Shown in pieces: positions 8,246 through 15,487 of a stretch of 24,000 bases of DNA. The position numbers and the translations under genes are program-made. Location: contig NZ_JALPTB010000063.1 of assembly GCF_023218075.1 (NCBI RefSeq), forward strand, positions 14,980 through 38,979, read 5' to 3'. The notes beneath the pieces were generated by a model. It made no database searches. It was given only the letters and a program-made list of their open reading frames with translations, and was not told where the DNA came from. Every line of letters begins with the position of its first letter. The stretch's first letter is position 1. The DNA is from Rhodococcus sp. HM1. Its GTDB lineage: Bacteria; Actinomycetota; Actinomycetes; Mycobacteriales; Mycobacteriaceae.

Positions 8246-8274
8246 TTGCCCGCGTTTAGGTCACCGTCTAATCT
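8246..8274 (+). promoter_or_regulatory. Candidate sigma-A-type promoter in the porin upstream region
   Basis: TTGCCC (8246-8251), a 17-nt spacer, then TAATCT (8269-8274). Pattern match only. Confidence 0.3.
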
Positions 8275-8294
8275 CTGCACAGGTTCGAAAGAGT

Positions 8295-8325
8295 AAAGAC
8301 CCGGGCATCATTCCGGGTCTTTTAT
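8295..8325 (+). terminator. Intrinsic-terminator-like hairpin (possible attenuator or sRNA 3' end)
   Basis: Perfect 10-bp stem aaagacccgg (8295-8304) / ccgggtcttt (8313-8322) with an 8-nt loop, followed by a T-run (tcttttat). About 160 nt upstream of the first porin ATG, with no CDS ending nearby. Confidence 0.5.
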
Positions 8326-8484
8326 CACGAATCGGTAACACAGCTACCGTGCGGATGATGTGCGCATCGGCATCGACGGGGGATCTGCCTCGGCGGCGCT
8401 CGGTGTGACATGCCTCGCGGGCGACACGACAACTTGTCGGACGCGGGTGCTGAACCCGGCACGCAGAGAATGGATGAGGCATTC

Positions 8485-9237
8485 ATGAAGATTCAGACGC
8501 GACGCGGCCTGAAGGCTGCCCGCAACGCCGCGGTGGCCGGTGCCGCCGTGGCTGGTCTGGTCCTCGGATCGTCGGGTGTGGCCAGCGCCGACGTCGACGA
8601 CCAGAACCGGATCGTGTCCGCCGGTAACGAGGTGATCGTTACCCAGAAGGACACGTTCATTCAGGGTGTGCCTCCGATCGGCGGCAGCCCGCTGAGCCGT
8701 CAGTGGTTCCACAACGGTGTCGGCGTCGCCAACATCGTCGGCCCCGACGCTGCCGACTTCGAGGACTCCACCTTCCAATTCGGCTACCAGTTCGCGTGGT
8801 CTGCCGCGATCGACGGCTCGATCGGTGTGAGCTGGAACTCGCCGGATCTCGCAGTGACCACGACCGGCAACTACGTCGCCGCCACGGAGGCCAACGGAGA
8901 CCCGATCTTCATCAGGGATGGCCTCGGCAACGAGGTGCTGGACGCGAACGGCGAGCCCATCCCTGCGTACACGTACGTGCCCAAGACGCAGAAGAACGTG
9001 GTCGACAGCATCCTGCCGCAGGCGAACGCGGGTGTGGCGTTGACTGCGGCCCCGGGCATCGAGGAGCTCGTCGTTGCCGAGGGTGAATTCAACGGCGACT
9101 TCAAGGAAGTCCAGATCGCCAATGTGTCCGGTGCCGCCACCGGCGTCATCGGCCCGGTGCAGGTTCGTCCGTTCGTTCGTGTGATCACGGCGAACGGCGA
9201 CAACGTCACCACCTACGGCAAGGTCTGGACCATCTAG
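8485..9237 (+). CDS. MspA-family outer-membrane porin, long paralogue (250 aa)
   Basis: ATG 8485 inside track ORF 8410..9237. Signal peptide ending VASA|DV. Matches recalled M. smegmatis MspA blocks (VTQKDTFIQGVPP..SRQWFHNG.., FQFGYQFAW, PGIEELV, VQVRPFVRVITANGDNVTTYGKVW versus MspA LLRPFARLIASTGDSVTTYGEPW). Confidence 0.88.
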   Translation: MKIQTRRGLKAARNAAVAGAAVAGLVLGSSGVASADVDDQNRIVSAGNEVIVTQKDTFIQGVPPIGGSPLSRQWFHNGVGVANIVGPDAADFEDSTFQFGYQFAWSAAIDGSIGVSWNSPDLAVTTTGNYVAATEANGDPIFIRDGLGNEVLDANGEPIPAYTYVPKTQKNVVDSILPQANAGVALTAAPGIEELVVAEGEFNGDFKEVQIANVSGAATGVIGPVQVRPFVRVITANGDNVTTYGKVWTI

Positions 9238-9291
9238 TCCGGCATCAGCCACACCTCGCAGTACATCCCCACCACGAAATACGGAGTAATC

Positions 9292-9939
9292 ATGGGAATC
9301 AAGTCGCGTGGCTTCAAGGCCGCCCGTAACGCCGCCGTGTCCGGTGCCGCCGTTCTCGGCCTCGTCCTGGGTGCGACCGGCACCGCGCAGGCCGCTGTCG
9401 ACGACCAGAACCGCATCATCTCCGACGGCCTCGAGGTCGTCGTGACCCAGGAAGACACCAACATCACCGGTGTTCCCGCGCTCGGTGGCAGCCCGTTCAA
9501 CCGTGAGTTCTTCCACAACGGTCGCGGCACCGCGAACCTGATCGGCGAGGGCGCTGCCGACGCCGAGGGCACCACGTTCCAGTTCGGCTACCAGTTCGCG
9601 TGGGCCGGCAGCATCGATGGCTCCATCGGTGTCAGCTACTCCACCCCGGGCCTCGAGGCGATCGTCGGCGCCGATGCCGACGGCCCGTACGCCGAAGCCG
9701 GCATCGACAGCATCCTGCCGCAGGCCAGCGCCGAGCTCTCCCTGAGCCCGGCTCCGGGTATCGAGGAACTCGTCGTCGCCGAGGGCGAGTTCGACGGTGA
9801 TTACAAGACCGTCCAGTTCGCCAACGTCCACGGTGTGGCCTCCGGCGTCCTCGGCTCCGTCCAGGTCCGTCCGTTCGTCCGCGTCATCACCGCGAACGGC
9901 GACAACGTCACCACCTACGGCAAGGCTTGGACCGTCTGA
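9292..9939 (+). CDS. MspA-family outer-membrane porin, short paralogue (215 aa)
   Basis: MGIKSRGFKAARNAAVSGAAVLGLVLGATGTAQA|AV signal peptide. Carries the same MspA blocks as the upstream paralogue. ACGGAG ribosome-binding site. Confidence 0.9.
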   Translation: MGIKSRGFKAARNAAVSGAAVLGLVLGATGTAQAAVDDQNRIISDGLEVVVTQEDTNITGVPALGGSPFNREFFHNGRGTANLIGEGAADAEGTTFQFGYQFAWAGSIDGSIGVSYSTPGLEAIVGADADGPYAEAGIDSILPQASAELSLSPAPGIEELVVAEGEFDGDYKTVQFANVHGVASGVLGSVQVRPFVRVITANGDNVTTYGKAWTV

Positions 9940-9969
9940 CAACGGCAGTCCGGCAACCGCCGAACAAGG

Positions 9970-10007
9970 CTGGGCCCCTCGGAATTCCGAGGGGCCCAGT
10001 CCTTTTC
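9970..10007. terminator. Bidirectional terminator hairpin between the porin genes and mscL
   Basis: Perfect 13-bp stem ctgggcccctcgg / ccgaggggcccag around aatt (9970-9999), followed by tccttttc. It lies between convergent genes. Confidence 0.65.
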
Positions 10008-10036
10008 GTGCTCGGCCCGTTCGGATTCTGAAAGGC

Positions 10037-10459
10037 TCACGGCTTTGGAGCATCCTTCGCGTGCGCACCGGCGTGACCCGCCTGCGCCTCGAGAATGTCG
10101 CGGATCTGGATGAGCAGGTCCTCCGCGCTGGCCTTCTCGTCGGACTTCTCCGTCGCGAACCGCTTCTTGGCCGCATTCGCCGGAACGATGAGCACGAAGT
10201 ACACGACCGCCGCGATGATGACGAAGTTGATCGCCGCGGAGATGACCGCGCCGATGTTCACGAACGTGGCCGGGTTGTTCGCAAGGATCTGGAAGCCCCA
10301 GCCCATGTCGTTGTCGCCGCCGATGGCAGCGATGAGCGGGTTGATGATGTATTCGGTGAAGGCCGTCACGATGGCCACGAACGCGGTGCCCACGACCACC
10401 GCGACGGCGAGGTCGAGGACATTGCCTCTCAGTAGGAAATCCTTGAAGCCCTTCAGCAT
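10037..10459 (-). CDS. mscL: Large-conductance mechanosensitive channel
   Basis: MLKGFKDFLLRGNVLDLAVAVVVGTAF...INPLI...; 140 aa with two TM helices and a charged C-terminal tail. Confidence 0.95.
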   Translation of the reverse strand: MLKGFKDFLLRGNVLDLAVAVVVGTAFVAIVTAFTEYIINPLIAAIGGDNDMGWGFQILANNPATFVNIGAVISAAINFVIIAAVVYFVLIVPANAAKKRFATEKSDEKASAEDLLIQIRDILEAQAGHAGAHAKDAPKP

Positions 10460-10478
10460 GGTCCGCTCTCCTCGTATA

Positions 10479-10494
10479 TGTGGTGCCGATCACA
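10479..10494. promoter_or_regulatory. CRP/GlxR-type palindrome upstream of mscL
   Basis: TGTGGtgccgaTCACA matches TGTGA-N6-TCACA at 9/10 arm positions. Located 20-35 nt upstream of the mscL ATG. Confidence 0.4.
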
Positions 10495-10527
10495 TGTAGC
10501 TTCGAGGGGAACCTTAAACCAACTCCA

Positions 10528-10599
10528 CGGTTTGCACAGCGGCTCAGTGCATCCGGTTCGCAGGGCTCGGTGCATCCGGTTCGCACAGCTCAGTGCAAC
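10528..10599. repeat. About 23-nt tandem repeat, 3 copies, overlapping the 3' end of the SAF-domain gene
   Basis: Copies are ggtttgcacagcggctcagtgcatcc, ggttcgcagggctcggtgcatcc and ggttcgcacagctcagtgcaacg. The third copy contains the stop codon (tca at 10590-10592) and the last codons of the gene. Confidence 0.6.
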
Positions 10600-11312
10600 G
10601 TCACGGTCAGCGCGCTGACCAGCGACGCCGCCGCGACCGCCGTTGCCTGATCCGGCGCCAGGGCCAGCAGAACCACGCGTTCACGCTGGTCACGAGCACC
10701 TTCTGCGGAATGTGCGAGCACGACGGTCGCGCCCGTCGCCAGCACCTGCGCGTTGGGGGAGAGATCTCCGGATCCCGGCGCGACCGTCAGCACATCGACG
10801 AGGTCGCCCTCGCGCAGCAGATCGCCGACACCCGCGTCGGCCAGCCGGATCGGAACCACGCGCGCATCCGGATTCCCCGTGGCCGCACCCGCCAGGCGTG
10901 GACCGAGCATGCGCACGGAGACGAGGATTTCGCCGGCGGGGACAGGGCCGGACAGGGTGTGGCCGACCGCGTCGGAGAGAAGGGTGAGCGCGCCGGACGG
11001 CACCGACGCGGATTCGCGGTCGGCGAGTTCGACGTCGTCGAGGGTGAGTGTGTGCCCGGGGCTCAGGTCGCGCACGGCGACGACGGCGGGGGAGCGGCCG
11101 CTCGAAGGCCCGTCCCGCAGCGCCGCGACGACGGCGATCAGCGCCAGAAGTGCGGCCGCGCCGCGCCGGGCCGCGACCGTGCGCGCCCAGCCCGGTCGCA
11201 GCAGCGTGCTCGCGCGATCGGCGAGTGTGGGCTGCAGGGAGGTCGTGGCCCGAGGCCCGCCGGAGGGACGGAGGCGCGATCGGGGCGGGAACGGAAAGAG
11301 ACCGGCAGGCAT
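10590..11312 (-). CDS. SAF-domain / CpaB(RcpC)-like membrane-anchored protein
   Basis: 240 aa with an N-terminal TM segment (AAALLALIAVVAAL). This is followed by VVAVRDLSPGHTLTLDDVEL...SGPVPAGEILV (SAF-like) and a second beta-rich domain. Confidence 0.75.
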   Translation of the reverse strand: MPAGLFPFPPRSRLRPSGGPRATTSLQPTLADRASTLLRPGWARTVAARRGAAALLALIAVVAALRDGPSSGRSPAVVAVRDLSPGHTLTLDDVELADRESASVPSGALTLLSDAVGHTLSGPVPAGEILVSVRMLGPRLAGAATGNPDARVVPIRLADAGVGDLLREGDLVDVLTVAPGSGDLSPNAQVLATGATVVLAHSAEGARDQRERVVLLALAPDQATAVAAASLVSALTVTLH

Positions 11313-11409
11313 GGCCGAACCCTACGAGTTCGGCCGTGCCTGTCGGCCTCGTGAAGCGCGAATTCGAGGCGATCTGTGGATGAACAGCCCGCCTGTGGAC
11401 AACTCGCGA

Positions 11410-11676
11410 TCAGCTCGCGGCGGCCGCCGGAGTCGAGGTGCTGGACGACGAGCTGCTCGAGGAGTCGGACTTGGCCGGCTCGCTCGCGGTGCTGCTGCCA
11501 CCGCGCGAATCGGTGCGGTAGAAGCCGCTGCCCTTGAAGACGACGCCGACGGAGTTGAACAGCTTGCGCAGCTTGCCGGTGCACTCCGGGCACTCGGTGA
11601 GGGAGTCGTCGCTGAACGACTGCACGATGTCGAAGCGGTTGTCGCAAGCCGTGCAGGCATATGAATAGGTGGGCAC
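11410..11676 (-). CDS. ruc: FmdB-family zinc-ribbon protein with Ser-rich disordered tail (Rv0991c/Ruc-like redox chaperone)
   Basis: GTG 11676 with GGAGGA upstream. Product VPTYSYACTACDNRFDIVQSFSDDSLTECPECTGKLRKLFNSVGVVFKGSGFY..., carrying CxxC...CxxC and then SDSSSSSSSSTS. The track ORF 11410..11721 is extended at its 5' end. Confidence 0.85.
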   Translation of the reverse strand: MPTYSYACTACDNRFDIVQSFSDDSLTECPECTGKLRKLFNSVGVVFKGSGFYRTDSRGGSSTASEPAKSDSSSSSSSSTSTPAAAAS

Positions 11677-11714
11677 CGGTGAATCCTCCGCGCGTTCGAA
11701 AATAAATCGCAGCT

Positions 11715-11741
11715 TTAGCACTCTACAGTCGACAGTGCCAA
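11715..11741. promoter_or_regulatory. CIRCE-like HrcA operator upstream of ruc
   Basis: TTAGCACTC-tacagtcga-CAGTGCCAA compared with the consensus TTAGCACTC-N9-GAGTGCTAA. The left arm matches 9/9, the right arm 7/9, and the N9 spacing is exact. Located 39-65 nt upstream of the ruc start. Confidence 0.65.
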
Positions 11742-11758
11742 CGGCGCCAGTGTGAGAT

Positions 11759-12343
11759 CTATTCCACCAGCGCGGTCAGCCCGCCGCTCGGCGTCAGGGC
11801 GTGCGTCATCCGGATGTCGTGCGGATCCTCGGGCAGTTCGTCGACCAGCTCCTCGTCGCGCACCACGGCGATCAGCCGGGCCGACGGATCGGCAAGGTGC
11901 AGGGTCCGGTCGTAGAACCCGGCACCCCGGCCCAGCCGCACTCCGCGCCGGTCGACCGCGAGCGCCGGCACCAGCACCACCGACGCCTGTGCCACGGTCT
12001 CGGCGGTCAGCACCGGACCGCGGGGTTCGCGCAGACCGTAGTCCGCCGCCACGAGGTCGTCCTCGCCGGTGTACTCGGCCCACTCCAGGATGCTGTCCTT
12101 GCTGGTGAGTGGCACCAGCACCCGGATTCCGCCGTCCCGCAGGGCGTCGAGCAGCGCCAGGGACCCCGGTTCGGTACCCACCGGGATGTACGCGCAGACC
12201 GTCGCTCCGGATGTGGCCAGTGCGCGCGCCGACGCGGTCAGCGCATCGTCCTCGACGCGACGCTGTGCGTCGCTGCGGTCGCGCCGGGCGGCGAGGACCG
12301 ATGTCCGCCAGACGGCCTTGGATCGTGCCTGCACACCGGCCAC
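11759..12343 (-). CDS. 5-formyltetrahydrofolate cyclo-ligase
   Basis: The C-terminal part of track ORF 11759..12997 reads KAVWRTSVLAARR...VCAYIPVGTEPG...LVPALAVDRRGVRLGRGAGFYDRTL. GTG 12343 (or 12334) is the first plausible start. The rest of the track ORF is antisense to galU. Confidence 0.82.
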   Translation of the reverse strand: MAGVQARSKAVWRTSVLAARRDRSDAQRRVEDDALTASARALATSGATVCAYIPVGTEPGSLALLDALRDGGIRVLVPLTSKDSILEWAEYTGEDDLVAADYGLREPRGPVLTAETVAQASVVLVPALAVDRRGVRLGRGAGFYDRTLHLADPSARLIAVVRDEELVDELPEDPHDIRMTHALTPSGGLTALVE

Positions 12344-12395
12344 CTTAAGATCGTGAGGGGCTACCGCGTGGTAGCGAACGTTAGGGTGGGAGTCT

Positions 12396-13307
12396 ATGAC
12401 GAACAATACGACCGACGGCGTCCGACATTTCCGGACGGCAGTCGTGCCGGCGGCAGGAATGGGTACCCGGTTTCTCCCGGCGACCAAGACCGTGCCGAAG
12501 GAACTCCTTCCGGTCGTGGACACCCCGGGCATCGAACTCGTGGCAGGGGAGGCCGCCGATTCCGGTGCCGAACGGTTGCTGATCGTCACGTCCCCCGGCA
12601 AGGACGGCGTGGTCGCGCACTTCGTCGAGGATCTCGTGCTCGAGTCGAAGCTCGAGGAGAAGGGCAAGTACGAACTGCTCGCCAAGGTCCGCAAGGCTCC
12701 GGGCCTGCTCGAGGTCCAGTCCGTCGTCCAGGAACAGCCGCTCGGCCTCGGCCACGCCGTCGCCTGCGCGGAGAAGGCCCTCGACCCCGACGAGGACGCG
12801 ATCGCGGTGCTGCTGCCCGACGACCTCGTGCTGCCCGTCGGTGTGCTCGAAACGATGCAGCGGGTGCGCGCCAAGCGCGGCGGCTCGGTGCTGTGCGCGA
12901 TCGACGTGCCCAAGGAACAGATCAGCGCGTACGGCGTGTTCGACGTCGAGGTCGTGCCCGACGCCACGAACCCCGACGTGCTCAAGGTCCTCGGCATGGT
13001 CGAGAAGCCGGCCGTCGAGGACGCGCCGTCGACGTTCGCCGCCGCCGGTCGCTACCTGCTCGATCGCGCGATCTTCGACGCCCTGCGCCGCATCACGCCC
13101 GGCGCCGGCGGCGAACTCCAGCTGACCGACGCGATTGCCCTGCTCATCGAGGAAGGCCACCCCGTGCACGTCGTCGTGCACCGCGGCACTCGACACGACC
13201 TCGGAAATCCCGGGGGCTACCTGCGGGCTGCGGTTGACTCTGCGTTGAACACCGAGGAATACGGTCCGTCTTTGCGCCAGTGGCTCATCGAGCGCCTCGA
13301 ACGCTGA
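12396..13307 (+). CDS. galU: UTP--glucose-1-phosphate uridylyltransferase
   Basis: AVVPAAGMGTRFLPATKTVPKELLPVVD... and ...ELQLTDAI..., 303 aa. Confidence 0.93.
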   Translation: MTNNTTDGVRHFRTAVVPAAGMGTRFLPATKTVPKELLPVVDTPGIELVAGEAADSGAERLLIVTSPGKDGVVAHFVEDLVLESKLEEKGKYELLAKVRKAPGLLEVQSVVQEQPLGLGHAVACAEKALDPDEDAIAVLLPDDLVLPVGVLETMQRVRAKRGGSVLCAIDVPKEQISAYGVFDVEVVPDATNPDVLKVLGMVEKPAVEDAPSTFAAAGRYLLDRAIFDALRRITPGAGGELQLTDAIALLIEEGHPVHVVVHRGTRHDLGNPGGYLRAAVDSALNTEEYGPSLRQWLIERLER

Positions 13308-13343
13308 CGGTCGACGGGTCGCGGCTGGAGGACGAGAGACGTT

Positions 13344-14606
13344 ATGCGGTCGGTTGAGGAACAGCAGGCACGGGTCACGGCGGCAGCCGTCGCACCCAGG
13401 CCGGTTCGGGTGGCGATCTCCGAGGCGCAGGGCCTGCTCTGCGCCGAGGAAGTGGTCACCGAACGGCCGCTGCCGGGCTTCGACCAGGCCGCGATCGACG
13501 GCTACGCGGTGCGCAGCGTCGACGTGCAGGACGCCGGGGTCACCGCCACCGACGAGGACGGGGAACCGGCGGCCGAGCTGAGCCTGCCCGTCGTCGGGGA
13601 GGTTCGCGCCGGCTCGCGCCAGCCCATCCGGCTGCAACCCCGGCAGGCGGTGCGTGTCGACACCGGCGCACCTCTGCCCACCCTCGCCGACGCGGTGCTC
13701 CCGCTCGAGTTCACCGACGGCGGCACCGCCCGCATCAAGGTACACAAGGCGGTCCGCAGCGGCGACTACGTGCGCCGCACCGGCGACGACGTGCAACCCG
13801 GGGATGTCGCGGTCCGCGCCGGGACCATCATCGGGTCGGCGCAGGTCGGCCTGCTCGCCGCGGTCGGACGCGACAAGGTGCTCGTGCACCCGCGACCGCG
13901 GTTGTCGGTCATCTCCGTCGGTGGCGAACTGGTCGACGTGGACCGCACGCCCGGACCGGGACAGGTGTACGACGTGAACTCGTACGCGCTGGCCGCCGCC
14001 GCGCGGGATGCGGGCGCCGACGTCAACCGCGTCGGCATCGTCGGCACCGACCCGAAGACGCTGCGCGAGGTCGTCGAGGGACAGCTGATTCGCTCGGAGA
14101 TCGTCGTGATCGCGGGGGCGGTCGGCGGCGGTGCCCTCGAGGACGTGCGCGAAGCGCTGTCCGAACTCGGCCCACTCGAAGTGGACCGTGTCGCAATGCA
14201 TCCCGGGTCCGTGCAGGGCTTCGGTCAGCTCGGCCGCGACGAGGTGCCCACATTCCTGTTGCCCGCCAACCCCGTCGGCGCGCTCGTCGTGTTCGAAGTG
14301 ATGGTGCGGCCGCTGATCCGGATCGCACTCGGCCGTCGGCACCCGATGCGGCGGGTCGTCCCGGCACGCACGGTCTCGCCGATCACGTCCATCCCGGGCC
14401 GGAAGGGATTCCTGCGCGGCCAGCTGATGCGCGACGAGGCGACCGGCGACTACCTGGTGCAGGCGCTCGGTGGGGCGGCGGGCGCGTCGTCGCATCTGCT
14501 CGCCACGCTCGCCGAGGCGAACTGCCTGGTGTTGATCGATCCCGATGTCTCCGAGGTTCGCACCGGCGACCCCGTCGACGTGGCGTTCCTCGGGCAGCGC
14601 GGTTGA
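13344..14606 (+). CDS. moeA: MoeA-family molybdopterin molybdenumtransferase homologue (possibly the gephyrin-like divisome protein Glp)
   Basis: 420 aa: MRSVEEQQARV..., PLPGFDQAAIDGYAV, RRTGDDVQPGD, a MoCF-binding-like central domain (LSVISVGGELV...GQVYDVNSYAL) and the MoeA C-terminal domain. Confidence 0.9.
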   Translation: MRSVEEQQARVTAAAVAPRPVRVAISEAQGLLCAEEVVTERPLPGFDQAAIDGYAVRSVDVQDAGVTATDEDGEPAAELSLPVVGEVRAGSRQPIRLQPRQAVRVDTGAPLPTLADAVLPLEFTDGGTARIKVHKAVRSGDYVRRTGDDVQPGDVAVRAGTIIGSAQVGLLAAVGRDKVLVHPRPRLSVISVGGELVDVDRTPGPGQVYDVNSYALAAAARDAGADVNRVGIVGTDPKTLREVVEGQLIRSEIVVIAGAVGGGALEDVREALSELGPLEVDRVAMHPGSVQGFGQLGRDEVPTFLLPANPVGALVVFEVMVRPLIRIALGRRHPMRRVVPARTVSPITSIPGRKGFLRGQLMRDEATGDYLVQALGGAAGASSHLLATLAEANCLVLIDPDVSEVRTGDPVDVAFLGQRG

Positions 14607-15241
14607 TCGGGGCTCATCCGGGCTGGCCGGCGGATCTGGGTCCGTTGCGCGTCCGCGGCGGTCTGGTGACGGTGCGGTCCGTGCGGTTGCGCGACGCCGC
14701 CGCGTGGAGCCGGCTGCGGATCGCCGACCGCAACCACCTCGAACCGTGGGAGCCGACGGGCGATGCGCCGTGGGATGCGCGGCACCACATCTCGGTGTGG
14801 CCCGGGATGTACCGGAGTCTGCGTGCCGAGGCCCGCAAGGGGCACATGCTGCCGATGGCCATCGAACTCGACGGACAGTTCTGCGGGCAGCTCACCGTCG
14901 GCAACATCGTCCGCGGCGCTCTGCGGTCCGCCTGGATCGGTTACTGGGTCAGCAAGGACGTCAACGGGATGGGTGTCGCGACCGCGGCGGTCGCGCTGGG
15001 GCTCGACCACTGCTTCGGCCCGGTGGGTCTGCACCGTGTGGAGGCGACCGTGCGCCCGGAGAACGCTGCGAGCCGCGCGGTGCTCAGCAACGTCGGATTC
15101 CGTGAGGAAGGGCTGCTGCGGCGCTATCTCGACGTGCACGGCGCCTTCCGCGACCACCTGCTGGTCGCGATGACCGTCGAGGAGGTGCCGGGTTCGGTGT
15201 CGGATCGGCTCGTCCGGAGCGGTCGCGCCAGCTGGGCGTGA
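14603..15241 (+). CDS. rimJ: GNAT-family N-acetyltransferase (RimJ-like)
   Basis: TTG start overlapping the moeA stop (TTGA). GNAT core ...IGYWVSKDVNGMGVATAAV...LHRVEATVRPENAASRAVLSNVGFREEGLLRRYL. Confidence 0.85.
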   Translation: MIGAHPGWPADLGPLRVRGGLVTVRSVRLRDAAAWSRLRIADRNHLEPWEPTGDAPWDARHHISVWPGMYRSLRAEARKGHMLPMAIELDGQFCGQLTVGNIVRGALRSAWIGYWVSKDVNGMGVATAAVALGLDHCFGPVGLHRVEATVRPENAASRAVLSNVGFREEGLLRRYLDVHGAFRDHLLVAMTVEEVPGSVSDRLVRSGRASWA

Positions 15242-15487
15242 ATCGGCGGATCACTATATCCACCTGTAACGGAGATTACGGTCATACCGCGTAGTAATAC
15301 CCATGCGGACATATATTCGTGTGACTAGAGTGAAGGAAGTGTCACATGATTCGGCGTGACTCGTGTTGCAGTAGTTATCACATGAGTCCGGCGTTTCTGT
15401 CGGGGTGACCGAGCGGATGCCATTAGCCTGACTAGGTCAGTGGCGTCGACAGGCTGGTAGGCGACAACTGGGAGGAGGGCCGCCGGT

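Noticed and set aside
7943-8482. Short ORFs in the porin upstream region (7863-8111 +, 7943-8137 -, 8169-8408 +, 8261-8482 -).
   Set aside because: They have no ribosome-binding sites, poor GC3 periodicity, and Arg/Cys/Pro-rich translations that mutually overlap. The region is treated as non-coding.
8344-10176. 610-aa ORF on the minus strand spanning both porin genes and their intergenic spacer.
   Set aside because: It is antisense to two genes with strong family signatures. The product is Asp/Gly/Val/Arg-rich with no motif or start context. Long stop-free antisense frames are expected at about 70% GC.
12381-14495. 704-aa minus-strand ORF. Similar giants lie at 4106-5746 (546 aa), 20116-22041 (641 aa), 2341-3546 (401 aa) and 245-1381 (378 aa).
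   Set aside because: All are antisense or out of frame to confidently identified genes (galU/moeA, mprB, P450/SDR, the TRIC-like protein, the r-proteins). They have Arg/Gly/Asp/His-rich low-complexity composition typical of non-coding frames in high-GC DNA.
15319-15346. TGTGAC...GTCACA upstream of the GlpR-like gene, considered as a CRP site.
   Set aside because: The arms are separated by 15 nt rather than the 6 nt required for CRP-family dimers. It is retained only as a generic inverted repeat within the regulatory-region finding.
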